Below, piece by piece: positions 1 to 14,399 of a stretch of 64,000 bases of DNA. A program made the translations under genes and the position numbers. The notes under the pieces were generated by a model. It worked only from the letters and a program-made list of their open reading frames with translations. It searched no databases and had not been told where the DNA came from. Source of the stretch: Amphiscolops sp. MND2022 (taxonomy: Eukaryota); contig OZ076409.1 in the NCBI GenBank assembly GCA_964187785.1, positions 62,126,001 to 62,190,000 of the forward strand, given 5' to 3'. Position 1 is the stretch's first letter. Each line of letters begins with the position of its first letter.

Positions 1-3000
1 GAAATTTTCCACAGTCATTTTACAACAAAATAGAATCCTATATGCGTAATGGCATCAAAACCGTATTGCTGGCATGCGAGAAAAATAGCCAAACTTAACT
101 CGAAATTGGCCAAATAAACAGCCAATTTTGACGTTTTACGATTTTCTCAAAAACTGTCCATACGAGTCGAACGAAAGTCTCTACAGTCATTTCACTCCAA
201 ATTAGAGTCCTTTATGCGCAATGGAATCAAAATCGCATGGCTGGGATGCAAGAAACATAGCCCAAATTACTTCAAAAATGGCCAAAAAACAGCCATTTTC
301 CGCCCTATTTTCGAGTTTCTCAAAAACTTTTCATATGATTCGAAGAAAATTTTCGACAGTCATTTTACACCATAATAGAAACCTATATGCGCAATGGCAT
401 CAAAATGGTATTACGGGGATGTGAGAAACATAGCCAAAATTGACCCAAAAATGACTAAAAAAACATTTTTGGACATTTTCCGATTTTCTCATAACTGTCC
501 ATACTATTCGTACAAACTTTTCTACAGTCAATCTACACAATATCAGAGTCCTATATAAGCAAGAGCATCAGAATTGTATGGCTGGGATGCGAGAAACATA
601 GCCATCATCAACTCAAAAATTGCAAAAAAACAGCCAGTTTTCGACCTTTTTTCGAAATTCTCAAACTGTCCACATTATTCGAACGAAACTCTCTACAGTC
701 ATTTCACACCATATTAGAGTCCTATTTGCGCAGTGGATTCCAAATCGTATAGCTGGGATGCGAGAAACGTAGTGAAAGGTACCTCAAAAATGGCCTGAAA
801 ATGGACACTTTTCGACTTCTGTAGATTTTCTCCAAAAACTTTCCATATGATTCGAACAAATATTTCTACAGTCATTTTACACCATAATTGAGTTCTATAT
901 GCGCAATGGCGTCTAAATCAAATTGCTGGGATGTGAGAGACATAGCCAAAATTGACCCAAAAATGGCCAAAAAACGGCCATTTCGGACTTTTTCCGATTT
1001 TCTCAAAAACTGTCCACACGATTCGTACGAAAGTCTCCACAGTCATTTCACACCAAATTACAGTCTTTTATGAGCAATGGAATCAAAATCGTACGGCTGG
1101 GATGCGAGAAACATAGTCAAAATTACTTTGAAAATTGCTAAAAAACTGCCATTTTTCGATTTTTTTCAAGTTCCTCAAAAACTTATCATATAATTTGAAG
1201 GAAATTTTCGACAGTCATTTTACACCCTAATAGAACCCTATATGCGCAATGGCATCAAAATGGTATTACGGGGATGTGAGAAACATAGCCAAAACTGACC
1301 CAAAAATGACTAAAAAAATATTTTTGGACATTTTCCGATTTTCTCACAACTGTCCATACTATTCGTACGAACTTTACTACAGTCATGCTACACCATATTA
1401 GCGTCCTTTATGTGCAAAAGCATCAGAACTGTTTGGCTGGGATGCGAGGAACATAGCCAACATTAACCCAAAAATGGCCGCAAATCAGCCAGTTTTCGTC
1501 ATTTTTTCTTGAATTTCTCAAAAGTTCCATATGATTCGAACGAAATTTTCTACGGTCTTTTTACACCATATTAGAATCCTATATACGCAATGGCATCGAA
1601 ATTTCATTGCTGGAATGTGAGAAACGTAGCTAAAGTTGAACCAAAAATGACTGAAAAAAAAACATTTTTTGGACTATTTTTGACTTTCTCGAAACTGTCC
1701 ATACGATCCGTACGAGATTTTCTACAGTTATGCCACACCATAATAGAGTCCTATATGTGCAAAAGCATCAAAATAGTAATGCTGGGACGTGAGAGACATA
1801 GCCAAAATTGACCCAAAAATGACTAAGAAAAAGCCATTTTTGGACTGTTTTCGACTTTCCCGAAACTGTCCATACGAATCGTACGAACTTTTCTACAGTC
1901 AATTTAAACCATACTAGCGTTCTATATGCGCAATGGCTTCAAACTCGTATTGCTGAGATGCGAGAAAGTTAGCCAAAATTAACCCAAAATTGGCCAAAAA
2001 CAACCATTTTGGACTTTTTTTCTATTTTCTCAGAAACTGTCCTCACGATTCGGATGAAAGTCTCTACTGTCGTTTCACACCAAACTAGAGTCCTATATGC
2101 GCAATGGAATCGAAATCGTATGGCTGGATTGCGAGAAACATAGCCAAAATTACTTTAAAAATGGCCAAGAAACAGCCATTTCTCGACTTTTTTCGAGTTT
2201 CTCAAACACGTATCATATAAGTGGAAGGAAATTTTTGACAGTCATTTTACACCATAAAAGAACCCTATATGCGCAATGGCATCAAAATGGTATTACGGGG
2301 ATGTGAGAAACATAGCCAAAATTGACGCAAAAATGACCTAAAAAACATTTTTGACCTTTTCCGATTTTCTCAAAAACTGTCCACACGATTCGAACGAAAG
2401 TCTCCACAGTCATTTCACATCAAATCAGAGTCCTTTATGCGCAATGGAATCAAAATCGTATGGCTGGGGTGTGAGAAACATAGCCAAAACTGACCAAAAA
2501 ACGACTAAAAGCAAACCATTTTTGGACATTTTTCGTTTCTCTCAAAACTGTCCACACGATTCGTACGAACTTTTCTAGAGTCATTCTACACCATATTAGA
2601 ATCCTATATGTGCAAAAGCATCAGCATTGTATAGCAGGGATGCCAGAAACATACCCAACACCGACCCAAAAAATGCCAAGAAAATAGCCAGTTTTCGACC
2701 TTTTTTTGGAAATTCTCAAACTGTCCACATTATTCGAACGGAACTCTCTACAGTCATTTCACACCACATTAGAGTCCTATATGCGCAATGGAATTAAAAT
2801 CATATGGCTGGGATGCAAGAAACATAGCCAAAATTACTTTAAAAATGGCCAAAAAACAGCCATTTTTCGACTTTTTTCGAGTTTCTCAAACACGTATCAT
2901 ATAATTGGAAGGAAAGTTTTGACAGTCACTTTACACCATAAAGAACCCTATATGCGCAATGGCATCAAAATGGTATTACGGGGATGTGAGAAACATAGCC

Positions 3001-6000
3001 AAAATTGACCCGAAAATGACTAAAAAATCATTTTTGACTTTTTCCGATTTTCTCAAAAACTGTTCACACGATTCGAACGAAAGTCTCCACAGTCATTTCA
3101 CACCAAAATACAGTCCTTTATGAGCAATGGAATCAAAATCGTACGGCTGGGATACGAGAAACATAGTCAAAATTACTTTAAAAATGGCCAAAAAACTGCC
3201 ATTTTTCGATTTTGTTCAAGTTCCTCAAAAACTTATCATATAATTAGAAGGAAATTTTCGACAGTCATTTTACACCCTAATAGAACCCTATATGCGCAAT
3301 GGCATCAAAATGGTATTACGGGGATGTGAGTAACATAGCCAAAACTGACCCAAAAATGACTAAAAAAATATTTTTGGACCTTTTCCGATTTTCTCATAAC
3401 TGTCCATACTATTCGTACGAACTTTACTACAGTCATGCTACACCATATTAGCGTCCTTTATGTGCAAAAGCATCAGAACTGTTTGGCTGGGATGCGAGGA
3501 ACATAGCCAACATTAACCCAAAAATGGCCGCAAATCAGCCAGTTTTCGTCATTTTTTCTTGAATTTCTCAAAATTTCCATATGATTCGAACGAAAGTTTC
3601 TACGGTCTTTTTACACCATATTAGAATCCTAAATACGCAATGGCATCGAAATTTCATTGCTGGAATGTGAGAAACGTAGCCAAATTTGAACCAAAAATGA
3701 CTGAAAAAAAAAACATTTTTTGGACTATTTTTGACTTTCTTGAAACTGTCCATACGATCCGTACGAGTTTTTCTACAGTTATGCCACACCATAATAGAGT
3801 CCTATATATGCAAAAGCATCAAAATAGTAATGCTGTCATAGCCTGACGTGAGAGACATAGCCGGACGTGAGAGACATAGCCAAAATTACCCAAAAATGAC
3901 TAAGAAAAAGCCATTTTTGGACTGTTTTCGACTTTCTCGAAACTGTCCATACGAATCGTACGAACTTTTCTACAGTCAATTTAAACCATACTAGCGTTCT
4001 ATATGCGCAATGGCTTCAAACTCGTATTGCTGAGATGCGAGAAAGTTAGCCAAAATTAACCCAAAAATGGCCAAAAACAACCATTTTCGACTTTTTTCTA
4101 TTTTCTCAGAAACTGTTCTCACGATTCGGATGAAAGTCTCTACAGTCATTTCACACCAAACTAGAGTCCTATTTGCGCAATGGAATTAAAATCATATGGC
4201 TGGGATGCAAGAAACATAGCCGAAATTACTTTGAAAATGGCCAAGAAACAGCCATTTTTCGAATTTTTTCGAGTTTCTCAAACACGTATCATATAATTGG
4301 AAGGCAATTTTTGACAGTCATTTTACACCATGAAAGAACCCTATATGCGCAATGGCATCAAAATGGTATTACGGGGATGTGAGAAACATAGCCAAAATTG
4401 ACGCAAAAATGACCTAAAAAACATTTTTGATCATTTCCGATTTTCTCAAAAACTGTTCACACGATTCGAACGAAAGTCTCCACAGTCATTGCACATCAAA
4501 CTAGAGTCCTTTATGCGCAATGGAATCAAAATCGTATGGCTGGGGTGTGAGAAACATAGCCAAAATTGACCCAAAAACGACTAAGAGCAAACCATTTTTG
4601 GACATTTTTCGTTTCTCTCAAAACTGTCCACACGATTCGTACGAACTTTTCTAGGGTCATTCTACACCATATTAGAATCCTATATGTGCAAAAGCATTAG
4701 CTTTGTATAGCAGGGATGCCAGAAACATAGCCAACATTAAACCAAAAATGGCCAAAAAACAGCCAGTTTTCGACTTTCTTTCGAATGTTCAAACTGTCCA
4801 CACGATTCGAACCAAACTTTCTACAGTCATTTCACACCATATTAGAGTCCTACTTGCGCAATGGTATCAAAATTGTATGGCTGGGATGCGATAAACATAG
4901 TCAAAGTTAACCCAAATATGGCCAGAAAATTGCCAAGTTTTGATTTCTTTAGGTTTTCTCAAAAGCTTTCCATATGATTGGAGCGAAAATTTCTTGTCAT
5001 TTTACACCATAATATCGTCATATATTATATGTGCAATGGCATCAAGACCGAATTGCTGGGATGCGAGTAAAATAGCCAAAATTAACCCAAAAAATGGCCA
5101 GAAACAACCATTTCTCGACTTTTTTCTATTTTCTCAGAAACTGTCCTCACGATTCGGATGAAAGTCTCTACTGTCGTTTCACACCAAACTAGAGTCCTAT
5201 ATGCGCAATGGAAACGAAATCGTATGGCTAGAATGCGAGAAATATAGCCAAAGTTAACCCAAATATGGCCAAAAAACAGCCATTTTTCGATTTTTTTTCG
5301 ACTTTCTCAAAAACTGAACACACGATTTGAATGAAAGTCTCTACCGTCATTTCACACCAAACTAGAGTCCTATATGCGCAATGGAATCAAAATCATATGG
5401 CTGGGATGCGAGAAACAAAGCCAAAATTATTTTAAAAGAAGCCAAACGACAGCCAATTTTCGACTTTTTTCAAGTTTCTCAAACACTTGTCATATAATTG
5501 GAAAGAATTTTTTGACAGTCATTTTACACCATAAAAGAACCCTATATGCGCAAAGGCATCAGAATCGTATTGCTGGGATGTGAGAAACATAGCCAAAATT
5601 GACCCAAAAAGGACTAAGAGCAAACCATTTTTGGACATTTTTCGATTCTCTCAAAACTGTCCATACGATTAGTACGAATTTTCTAGGATCATTCTACACC
5701 ATATTAGTGTCCTATATGGGCAAAAGCATCAGAATTGTATAGCAGGGATGCCAGAAACATAGCCAACATCAAACCAAAAATGGCCAAAAGAGAGCCAGTT
5801 TTTGACTTTTTTTCGAATGTTCAAATTGTCCTCACGATTCGAACGAAACTTTCTACAGTCATTTCACACCATATTAAAGTCCTACTTGCGCAATGGAATC
5901 AAGATTGTATGGCTGGGATGCGATAAACATAGTCAAAGTTAACCCAAATATGGCCGAAAACAACCATTTTTCGACTTTTTTCGATTTTCTCAGAGACTGT

Positions 6001-9000
6001 CCTCACGATTCGAATGAAAGTCTCTACCGTCATTTCACACCAAACTAGCGTCCTATTTGTGCAATGGCATCAAACTCGTATTGCTGAGATACGAGAGACA
6101 TAGCCAAAATTACTTTCAAAATGGCCAAAAAACAGCCGTTTTTCGACTTTTTTAGAGTATCTCAAACACTTATCATATAATTGGAAAAAAATTTTCGACA
6201 GTCATTCTACACCACAAAAGAACCCTATATGCGCAACGGCATCAGAATTTTATTGCTGGGATGTGAGAAACAGACCCAAAATTGACCCAAAAACAACTAA
6301 GTGCAAACTATTTTTGGACATTTTTCGATTCTCTCAAAACTGTCCATACGATTCGTACGAACTTTTCTATTGTCATGCTACACCATATTAGAGTCCTATA
6401 TGTGCAGAAGCATCAGAATTGTATGGTTGGGATGCGAGAAACAAAGCCAACATTAACCCAAAAATGGCCACAAATCAGCCAGTTTTCGACATTTGTCGAA
6501 TTTCTCAAACTTTCCATATGATTAGAACAAAATTTTCTACAGTCATTTCACACCATAATAGAATCCTATATGCGCAATGGCATCAAAATCGTATTGCTGG
6601 GATGTGAGAAACATATCCAAAATTGACCCAAATTGACTAAGAAAAACTCATTTTTGGACTATTTTCGATTTTCTCGAAACTGTCCATTCGATTCGTACAA
6701 TTTTTTTTTACAGTCAATTGACACCAGAATAGCGTCCTTTATGCGCAATGGCATCAAACTCGTATTGCTGAGATACGAGAAAAATAGCCAAAATTAACCC
6801 AAAAATGGCCAAAAAGAGACATTTTTCGACTTGTTTCGATTTACTCAAAATCTTTCCACACGATTCAAATGAAACCTCTCCAGTCATTTCACACCAAATT
6901 AGAGTCCTTTAAGCGCAATTGAATCAAAATCGTATGGCTGGAATGCGAGAAACATAGCCAAAATTAACTCAAAAATGGCCAAAAACAGTCATTTTTCGAC
7001 TTTTTTCGATTTCCTCAAAAACTGTTCACACTATTCACACGAAAGTCTCTACCGTCATTTCACATCACATTGGAGTGCTATATGCGCAATGGAATCAAAA
7101 TCGTATGGCTAAAATTCGATAAAAATAACCAAAAACAACTCAAAAATGGCCAAAAAACATCCATTTTTCGACTTTTTTCGATTTTCTCAAAAACTGTCCA
7201 CACGATTCGAAGGAAAGTCTCTACAGTCATTTCACACCAAATTAGAGTCCTTTAAGCGCAATGGAATCAAAATAGTATGGCTGGAATGCGAGAAATATAG
7301 CCAAAGTTCACCCAAAAACGGCCAAAAACAGCCATTTTTCGACTTTTTTCGACTTCCTCTGAAACTGTCCACACGATTCACACGAAAGTCTCTACAGTCA
7401 TTTCACACCAAATTAGAGTCCTATATGCGCAATGGAATCAAAATCGTATGGCTGGGATGCAAGAAACATAGCCAAAATAACTTCAAAAATTGCCAAAAAG
7501 AGCCATTTTTTGACTTTTTTCGAGTTTCTCAAAAACTTTTCATATGATTTGAAGGAAACCTTCGACAGTCATTCTACACAATAGTAGAATCCTATATGCG
7601 CATTGGCGTCAAAATCGTATTGCTGGGATTTGAGAAACAGACAAAATTACTTCAAAAATTGACCCAAATATGACTCAGTAAAAAACCATTTTTGGACACT
7701 TTTCGATACATGGAAACATAGCCAACGTGAAACCAAAAATGGCCAAAAAACAGCCAGTTTTCGACTTTTTTTCGAATGTTCAAACTGTCCACACGATTCC
7801 AACGAAACTTTCTACAGTCATTTTACACCATATTAGAGTCCTGTTTGAGCAATGGAATCAAAATCGTATGGCTGGGATGCAAAAAACATAGTCAAAGTTA
7901 ACCCAAAAATGGCCAGTAAACGGCCAATTTTTGATTTCTTTAGGTTTTCTCAAAAGCTTTCCATATGATTCGAACGAAATTTTCTTGTCATTTTACACCA
8001 AAATAGCGTCCTGTATGTGCAATGGCATCAAAACCGTATTGCTGGGATGCGAGTTAAACAGCCAAAATTAACCCAAAAAAGGGCCAAAAACAACCATTTT
8101 TCGACTTTTTTCGATTTTTCTCAAAAACTGTTCACACCATTCAAATGAAAATCGCTACAGTCTTTTCACACCAAACTCGAGTCCTATATGGGCAATGGAA
8201 TCGAAAGCGTGTGGCTGGAATGCGAGAAATATAGCCAAAGTTAACCCAAAATTGGCCAAAAAACTGCTATTTCTCGACTTTTTTCAATTTTTGCAAAAAG
8301 TGTCCACACGATTCGAACGAAAGTCTCTACAGTCATTTTTCACCAAATAAAAGTCTTATATGCGCAATGGAAGCAAAATCGTATAGCTTGATTTCGACAA
8401 ATATAGCCAAAGTTAACCCAAAAATGGCCAAACAAAGTCATTTTCCGGCTTTTTTTCCGGTTTTCTCAAAACGTGTCCACACGATTCGAACGAATGTCTC
8501 TACAGCAATTTCACACCATATAAGAGTAATATATGCGCAATTGCATCAAAATTGTGTTGCTGGGATGTGCATCAATAGCTGAAATTGACCCAAAATTGTC
8601 TTAAAAACAGCTATTCTGGACATATTTCGATTTTCTCAAAACTGTCCATACGATTCGTTTGAACTTTCCTACATTTTTCTACACCATATTAGAGTCTTTT
8701 CGTGCAGAAGCATCATAATCGTATGACTGGGATGCGAGAAACATAGCCAAAATCAATCCAAAAATTTCGATTTTCTCAAAAAGTGACCACACGATTCAAA
8801 CGAAAGTCTCTACAATCATTTCACAACTAATTAGAGTAAAATATGCGCTATGGAATCAAAATTGTATAGCTGGAATGCAACGAATCTAGCCAGAGTTAAC
8901 CTAAAAATGGCCAAAAAACTGCCCTTTTTTGACTTTTTCTAATTTTCTCAAAAACTCTCGAAATGATTCGAACGAAATTTTCTACAGTCTTTTCACACCA

Positions 9001-10295
9001 TAATAGAGTCCTATATGAGCAATGGCTTTCAAAATCGTATGGCTGGGATGTGAGAAATATAGCCAATGTTGACCCAAAAATATCTTGAAAACAACCATTC
9101 TGGAAATTTTTCGATTTGCTCAAATCTGTCCATACGATTCGTTTGCACTTTTCTACAGTCTTCCTACACCGTATTTGAGTCGTATATGTGCAAAAGCTTC
9201 AGACTCGTATGGTTGGGATGAGAGAACATAGCCAAAGTTAACCCAAAAATGGCCAAAAAACAGTCATTTTTCGACTTTTTTCCAGATTTCTCAAAAACTG
9301 TCCAAACGATTCGAACGAGGCTTTCTACAGTCATTTTACACCATAATAGAGTCATTCATGCGCAATTGCATCAAGTTTGTAAGGCTGAGATGTGAGAAAA
9401 ACAACCGAAATTGACCCAAAAAATGCTAAAAACAGCCATTTTTCGTTTTTTTTTGATTTTCTCAAAAACTGTCCACACGATTCGAACGGAATTCCATACA
9501 GTCATTCCACACCATATGAGAGTTCCGTATGCGCAAAAATGTCTTAAAAACAACCATTCTGGAAATTTTTTAACTTTCTTAAATCTGTCCATACGATTCG
9601 TACAACCTTTCTACAGTCTTTCTACACCGTATTAGAGTCGTATATGTGCAAAAGCATCAGACTCGTATGGTTGGGATGCGAGAACATAGCCAAAGTTAAC
9701 CCAAAAATGGCCAAAAAACAGTCATTTTTTGACTTTTTCCCTGTTTTCCCGAAAACTGTCCACACGATTTGAACGAAATTTTCTACTCTCATTTTAAACC
9801 ATAATAGAGTCCTCTATGCGCAGTTGCATCAAAATGGTACTGCTGGGATCTGAGAAACATAGCCGAAATGGACCCGAAAAAGGCTAAAAATGGCCATTTC
9901 CGGACAGTTTTCGATTTTCTCAAAACTGTCCATACGATTCGTACGAACTTTACTACAGTCATTATACACCATATAAGATTCCTTTACTTGCAAACGCATC
10001 GGAATTGTGTGGCTGGCATGCGAGGAACATAGCCATAATCAACCCAAAATGGCCAAAGAACAGCCATTTTTCGACCTTTTTCGATTTTCTCAAAAACTGT
10101 CCACACGATTCGTACGAACTTTTCTACAGTCATACTACACCGTATTAGAGTCCTATATGTGCAAAAGCATCAAAATCTTATGGCTGAAATGCGAGAAACA
10201 TAGCCAAAATCAACCAAAAAATGGCCAAAAAACAGTCAATTTTCAACTTTTTTTCGAGTTTCTCAAAAAGTGTCCAAACGATACGAACGAAATTT
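1..10295. repeat. Tandem satellite array, ~171-bp monomer (about 60 copies), runs off the window start
   Basis: Motif TTCTCAAAAACTGTCCACACGATTCGAACG...ATGCGCAATGG(A/C)ATCAAAATCGTATGGCTGGGATGCGAGAAACATAGCC recurs at ~141, 313, 482, 656, 826 and onward (169-174 bp spacing). Confidence 0.97.
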
Positions 10296-12243
10296 CATTA
10301 CAGTGCATCGAAGCTAAATCGCCACAGACACTGTTCAGTGCGTGTATGTCCTCAGATTCCGCAGACATATCTTAAAGCGTGTAAAATTGGCAATTTAGCA
10401 CTGATGTTGCGGGATCCACGCCACGAAAGTCGGCGTTTTTCGACATCCGAAGGGCATGGGTTTATACGTAAGACGGTTTCATATTGCGGAAACTGGGACC
10501 AAAATTATGCCGACAAATGCCGACAAGATGGCGCCAAATTCGTGGCTGGGATTCCACAAAGTGTATTATAACCAATCAGAGGGCTGTAAATTTTAAATTT
10601 CAGCGTCTTAGTTTCCACTTATGTTTTGATTAGCCGAAATCAAATTTAATAAGACAGAGTGTAAATACAAAGTCAATTACCACAAACAAGTTACAATCAA
10701 TGTCTCCCTTTCCGTAAAACTGTCGGCTTCTCTTCCTTTCATCTTTATATTGGTGATAAATTTATTTCAAGACTCTACTATACTATGGTACTACAATTAT
10801 ACCAACTGCATTTGAATTTGAAAAAAAACGAAAGTTGAAAATGAGTTTGAAAAAAAATGAGAAAGAAAAATTTCTTTCAATACTTCACTATACTCTGGTG
10901 GAACATACTATGACAATGAAACTTTGATTGAAAAAGTCAACTAGAATGCACTTGAAACCATTCAGGCTACTTATACTATACTATATTATACTATAATATA
11001 CACTATACTTTCAGTATTGTAGAAAATATTTATACTGATTGTATAAAATGATATACAATAGTGAAATACATTCATACCAATTGGAATAAATTGTTTTAAA
11101 AAAGAAAAATTGATTTCAAAAATTAGAATGGAAATCGGGAGACTTTGGTTCCAATCGTGGGTCAAATCGTGAAGCTTTTTAGATCAATAAAAGTGAATAT
11201 TTCATTGAAATAGTCAGTTAGAATGCAAATGAAAAGATTGAGGTTACTTGTACTATTCTTACCTATAATATACACCGTACTATATACAATAGTGAAATAC
11301 TACCTTTATACTGGAAAGATTTTTTCTTTAAAAATGAAGGATTTGTTATAATAATTACAGTGGAAATGGGGAGATTTTGGTTCCAATCGTGGGTCCAATC
11401 GTGAAGCATTTTAGCGACCAGAAAGTTTTTGACCAATAACCCCCATCCCTCCTCCCCAATCACGAAAGCACAAACTCAAGGACAAACCTAATCGAAGTGA
11501 TTTCTTTTTGAATTTCCTCAAATAGTGACGGAAACTTATTGACTTAAATTGTTAGCATTACAGCTTATACCATTGTCTCTTTTTCTCTAGTTTTGATTTT
11601 ATTATATTGTTTCAAATATTTCATCGATTCACATGAGGAGGAATTGCAAAGATTTTGGTTCAATTCAATAATGGACCTTTTCTGTTAATTCAAGTAATTC
11701 AATACCCGCAGTAATTCAATGATATTCTGCGGCCACAATTTTTTGAACGGGCATCCCGAAAAGAATACTGACCCCAGTAAGGCTCTCACGGTTCCAGATT
11801 ATGTGCCCATTGCTGTTAACCCCTACACGAAAACCTACGAGGAAGTAATGACCATCAAAACCCGCAAAGATGGTTACCCATGTTAAAGGCAGGGGAAGAA
11901 CTGTCTTGCCGGCAAAAACGGTGGGTCCATCTTTGCACCCGAAACGCTGTCCTTTTGATGCTGCCAATACGGGAATATGCTCAACCCCCCTTTAACTAGA
12001 CTTTTCAGATTTAGAGAAATTTGTAGATTCAGATTTAGATTTTCATTATTATTGAAAAAATGACAAAAAAACTGCAACAAAATACTTTACAAACCCGTTT
12101 CATTCAAGAAGTTTAATGTGAAAATTAATTGAAAAATATACTCAAACGTTCAAAACATGCTTTGAAACATTTAAACATTTGGACGTCTAATGCAAATTTT
12201 TTCAAAGAAGAAAAATAGGAGAAAAATTAGGAGTAAACCTCCT

Positions 12244-13811
12244 CATTACGAGGCCAAAGTGGGAAAAACGTGAACTACAACGATTTCGTTGTTGTAATTT
12301 TTGAATTCTTGAACTAATGGTAATACATGCAAATTTCAAGAATCGAGAAAAACTAAGCGAAAGCAAGTGGGGATTTTTCTCGATTCTTGATTTAAATATA
12401 ATGCATAGCATGCAAGAATCGAGAAAAGTTTCAAGAATCGAGAAAAACAGCTTCTAGCTGTTTTTCTCGATTCTTGAAACTTTCTCGATTCTTCAATTTT
12501 ACGTTGATTCTTAAAATTTATATGAATTCTTGAAAATTGTATGTCAATTCTTCAAAACTTTTCATCAATTCTTGGTCTAATCTAATCACACTAAATGTTA
12601 TTGAGATTTGATTCTCAGTTTTAAAAAAAATTCATTCTCGCTTTTATATAAATATCATCCTTTTTCAAACCAATTTTATTTGAATTCTAAATTTTAAATC
12701 AAAAATTTGTTCAGGTTCGCGTGGTTGGACTTTCTACTGCTTTGGCCAATACCCGGGACTTGGCGGACTGGCTTGGGATCAAAACGCAAGGCCTTTTCAA
12801 CTTCAAGCCATCTGTTCGTTCCGTCCTTCTTGAAATACACATGGCAGGTTTTGCTGGCAGACATTACTGTCCACGAATGGCATCGATGAACAAACCTGCT
12901 TATCAACAAATCAGAACCCATTCCCCCAACAAACCAGTGCAACTGGTTTAGAAGTTTTTGAAAATTCATAGTGTGACTCGAAGAGATAATAACCGTTATT
13001 GTGACAATGTTATTGTCATGTTAATAATGTTATTGTGACAATAACATTATGATGGTCTTAGGCTAATTCTTTTTCGTTCCATGTGGCCAAAATCGATGAA
13101 ATTTGAAAATTCAAAGAGTGACTCGAATTCAAGTTAATTTTGCTTTTGTTGCTCATGGATTAGAAATTTTTAATAATTCATTGAAAGACTCGATGTCAAT
13201 TCAATTTTGCTCTTGTTACTCACGGTTTTTGACAAGTAGTTTTTGACAAGTAACGAAGTAAAAAGCTAACATGAATCTCCTCCTGGTTGAGAAAAAACCT
13301 TTGCTTCAACGAAATAAAAATATTCATTCAAAAATCTATTAAAGTAACCCGAGCAATCATTGTAAACCTTTATTAGAATTTTAACAATGATTCTTCCGTT
13401 GAAATAATCATCACCTGATCAATAAAATTTACTATTATGACATTTGAATAAGAATTCGGGAAAACTTTCTAAGAATTCAGACACTTTGCAAGAATCGATA
13501 AAATTTTCAAGAATCAACAAAATTTTCAAGAATCGACAAAATTTCGAGAATCGACAAACTAATGTTAATACATCATCTCCATGTATTAACACTAGTGTCT
13601 AGATTCTCCAATGATTTTTTCTCGATTCTTGAATTTGGTGGAAATACATGCGCACTATTGTTTTCTCAATTCTTGACTTTTATAGGCGGCATAAACAATT
13701 CCTTTGAAGTTCAATTTTCAAGAATCGAGAAAAAGTTCACTTCGCTGCGTTAAATTACCACTTTTCTCGATTCTTGAAAATTTGAACATTTCCCACTTTG
13801 GCCTCGTAATG
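12244..13811. mobile_element. Non-autonomous CATTAC-family TIR element (1568 bp) nested in element 1
   Basis: Perfect 23-bp TIR CATTACGAGGCCAAAGTGGGAAA; 2-bp TSD CT (12242-43, 13812-13); many subterminal CAAGAATCGAGAAAA motifs in both orientations. Confidence 0.95.
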
Positions 13812-13839
13812 CTCAAGTGAAGTTCTGCAAGCTAAAACC

Positions 13840-14256
13840 GCAATGGAAACCAGGACATTTATTGTAACGCGCAATCATGTGTCTACCCCTTTGAGTGAAA
13901 GTCCTCAATGTATTAGGATTTGTGTATGGTTTCCACGCCATGTGTTTAAAGATATGGTCTTGTTTTCCGCATTGCATTCGTTGAGTAAGTCAGTTTATGC
14001 TCAAAACGGTTGAAACTAGGACGTTTGTGGTAACGCGCAATCATGTGTATGCATACCCCTTTCAGTGAAAGTTCACAATGTATTAAGATATGTGTTTGAT
14101 TTCCACGCCATATGTTTGAGGGAAATATACATGCTTCGCACTTTTCCGCATTTGCTTCTTGCGGCTTGGGAGATTTTTCCAAAACACGTGGAAACCAGGA
14201 CAAACGAAAGTTCGCCGAAACGGAGCCTAATATTGTGTGCTTTTTGGTACCAATCA
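13840..14256. repeat. Internal ~167-170-bp tandem repeat cluster 1 of element 1
   Basis: Repeated TAACGCGCAATCATGTGT...TTCCACGCCAT(G/A)TGTTT...TTTTCCGCATT; ends in TTTTGGTACCAATC. Confidence 0.85.
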
Positions 14257-14399
14257 ATGACATGTAAAACATTTCCTCAGTTCGTAGGAGCATCACAATT
14301 ACCCTAATAACAAAAGTTGAGAATTTATTGAATAGTTTCAAGTTCGGGTAACATATGAATTAGAAGAGAACAGTGAATCAAAACGACAGATGTCTAAAA

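Noticed and set aside
221..10375. Dozens of short similar ORFs (MRNGIKI..., MAKK...)
   Set aside because: Chance frames of the 171-bp satellite; frequent stops and frameshifts, no domain.
13480..13780. CRISPR-like short repeats
   Set aside because: Irregular spacing, both orientations, no unique spacers, eukaryotic context; these are subterminal repeats.
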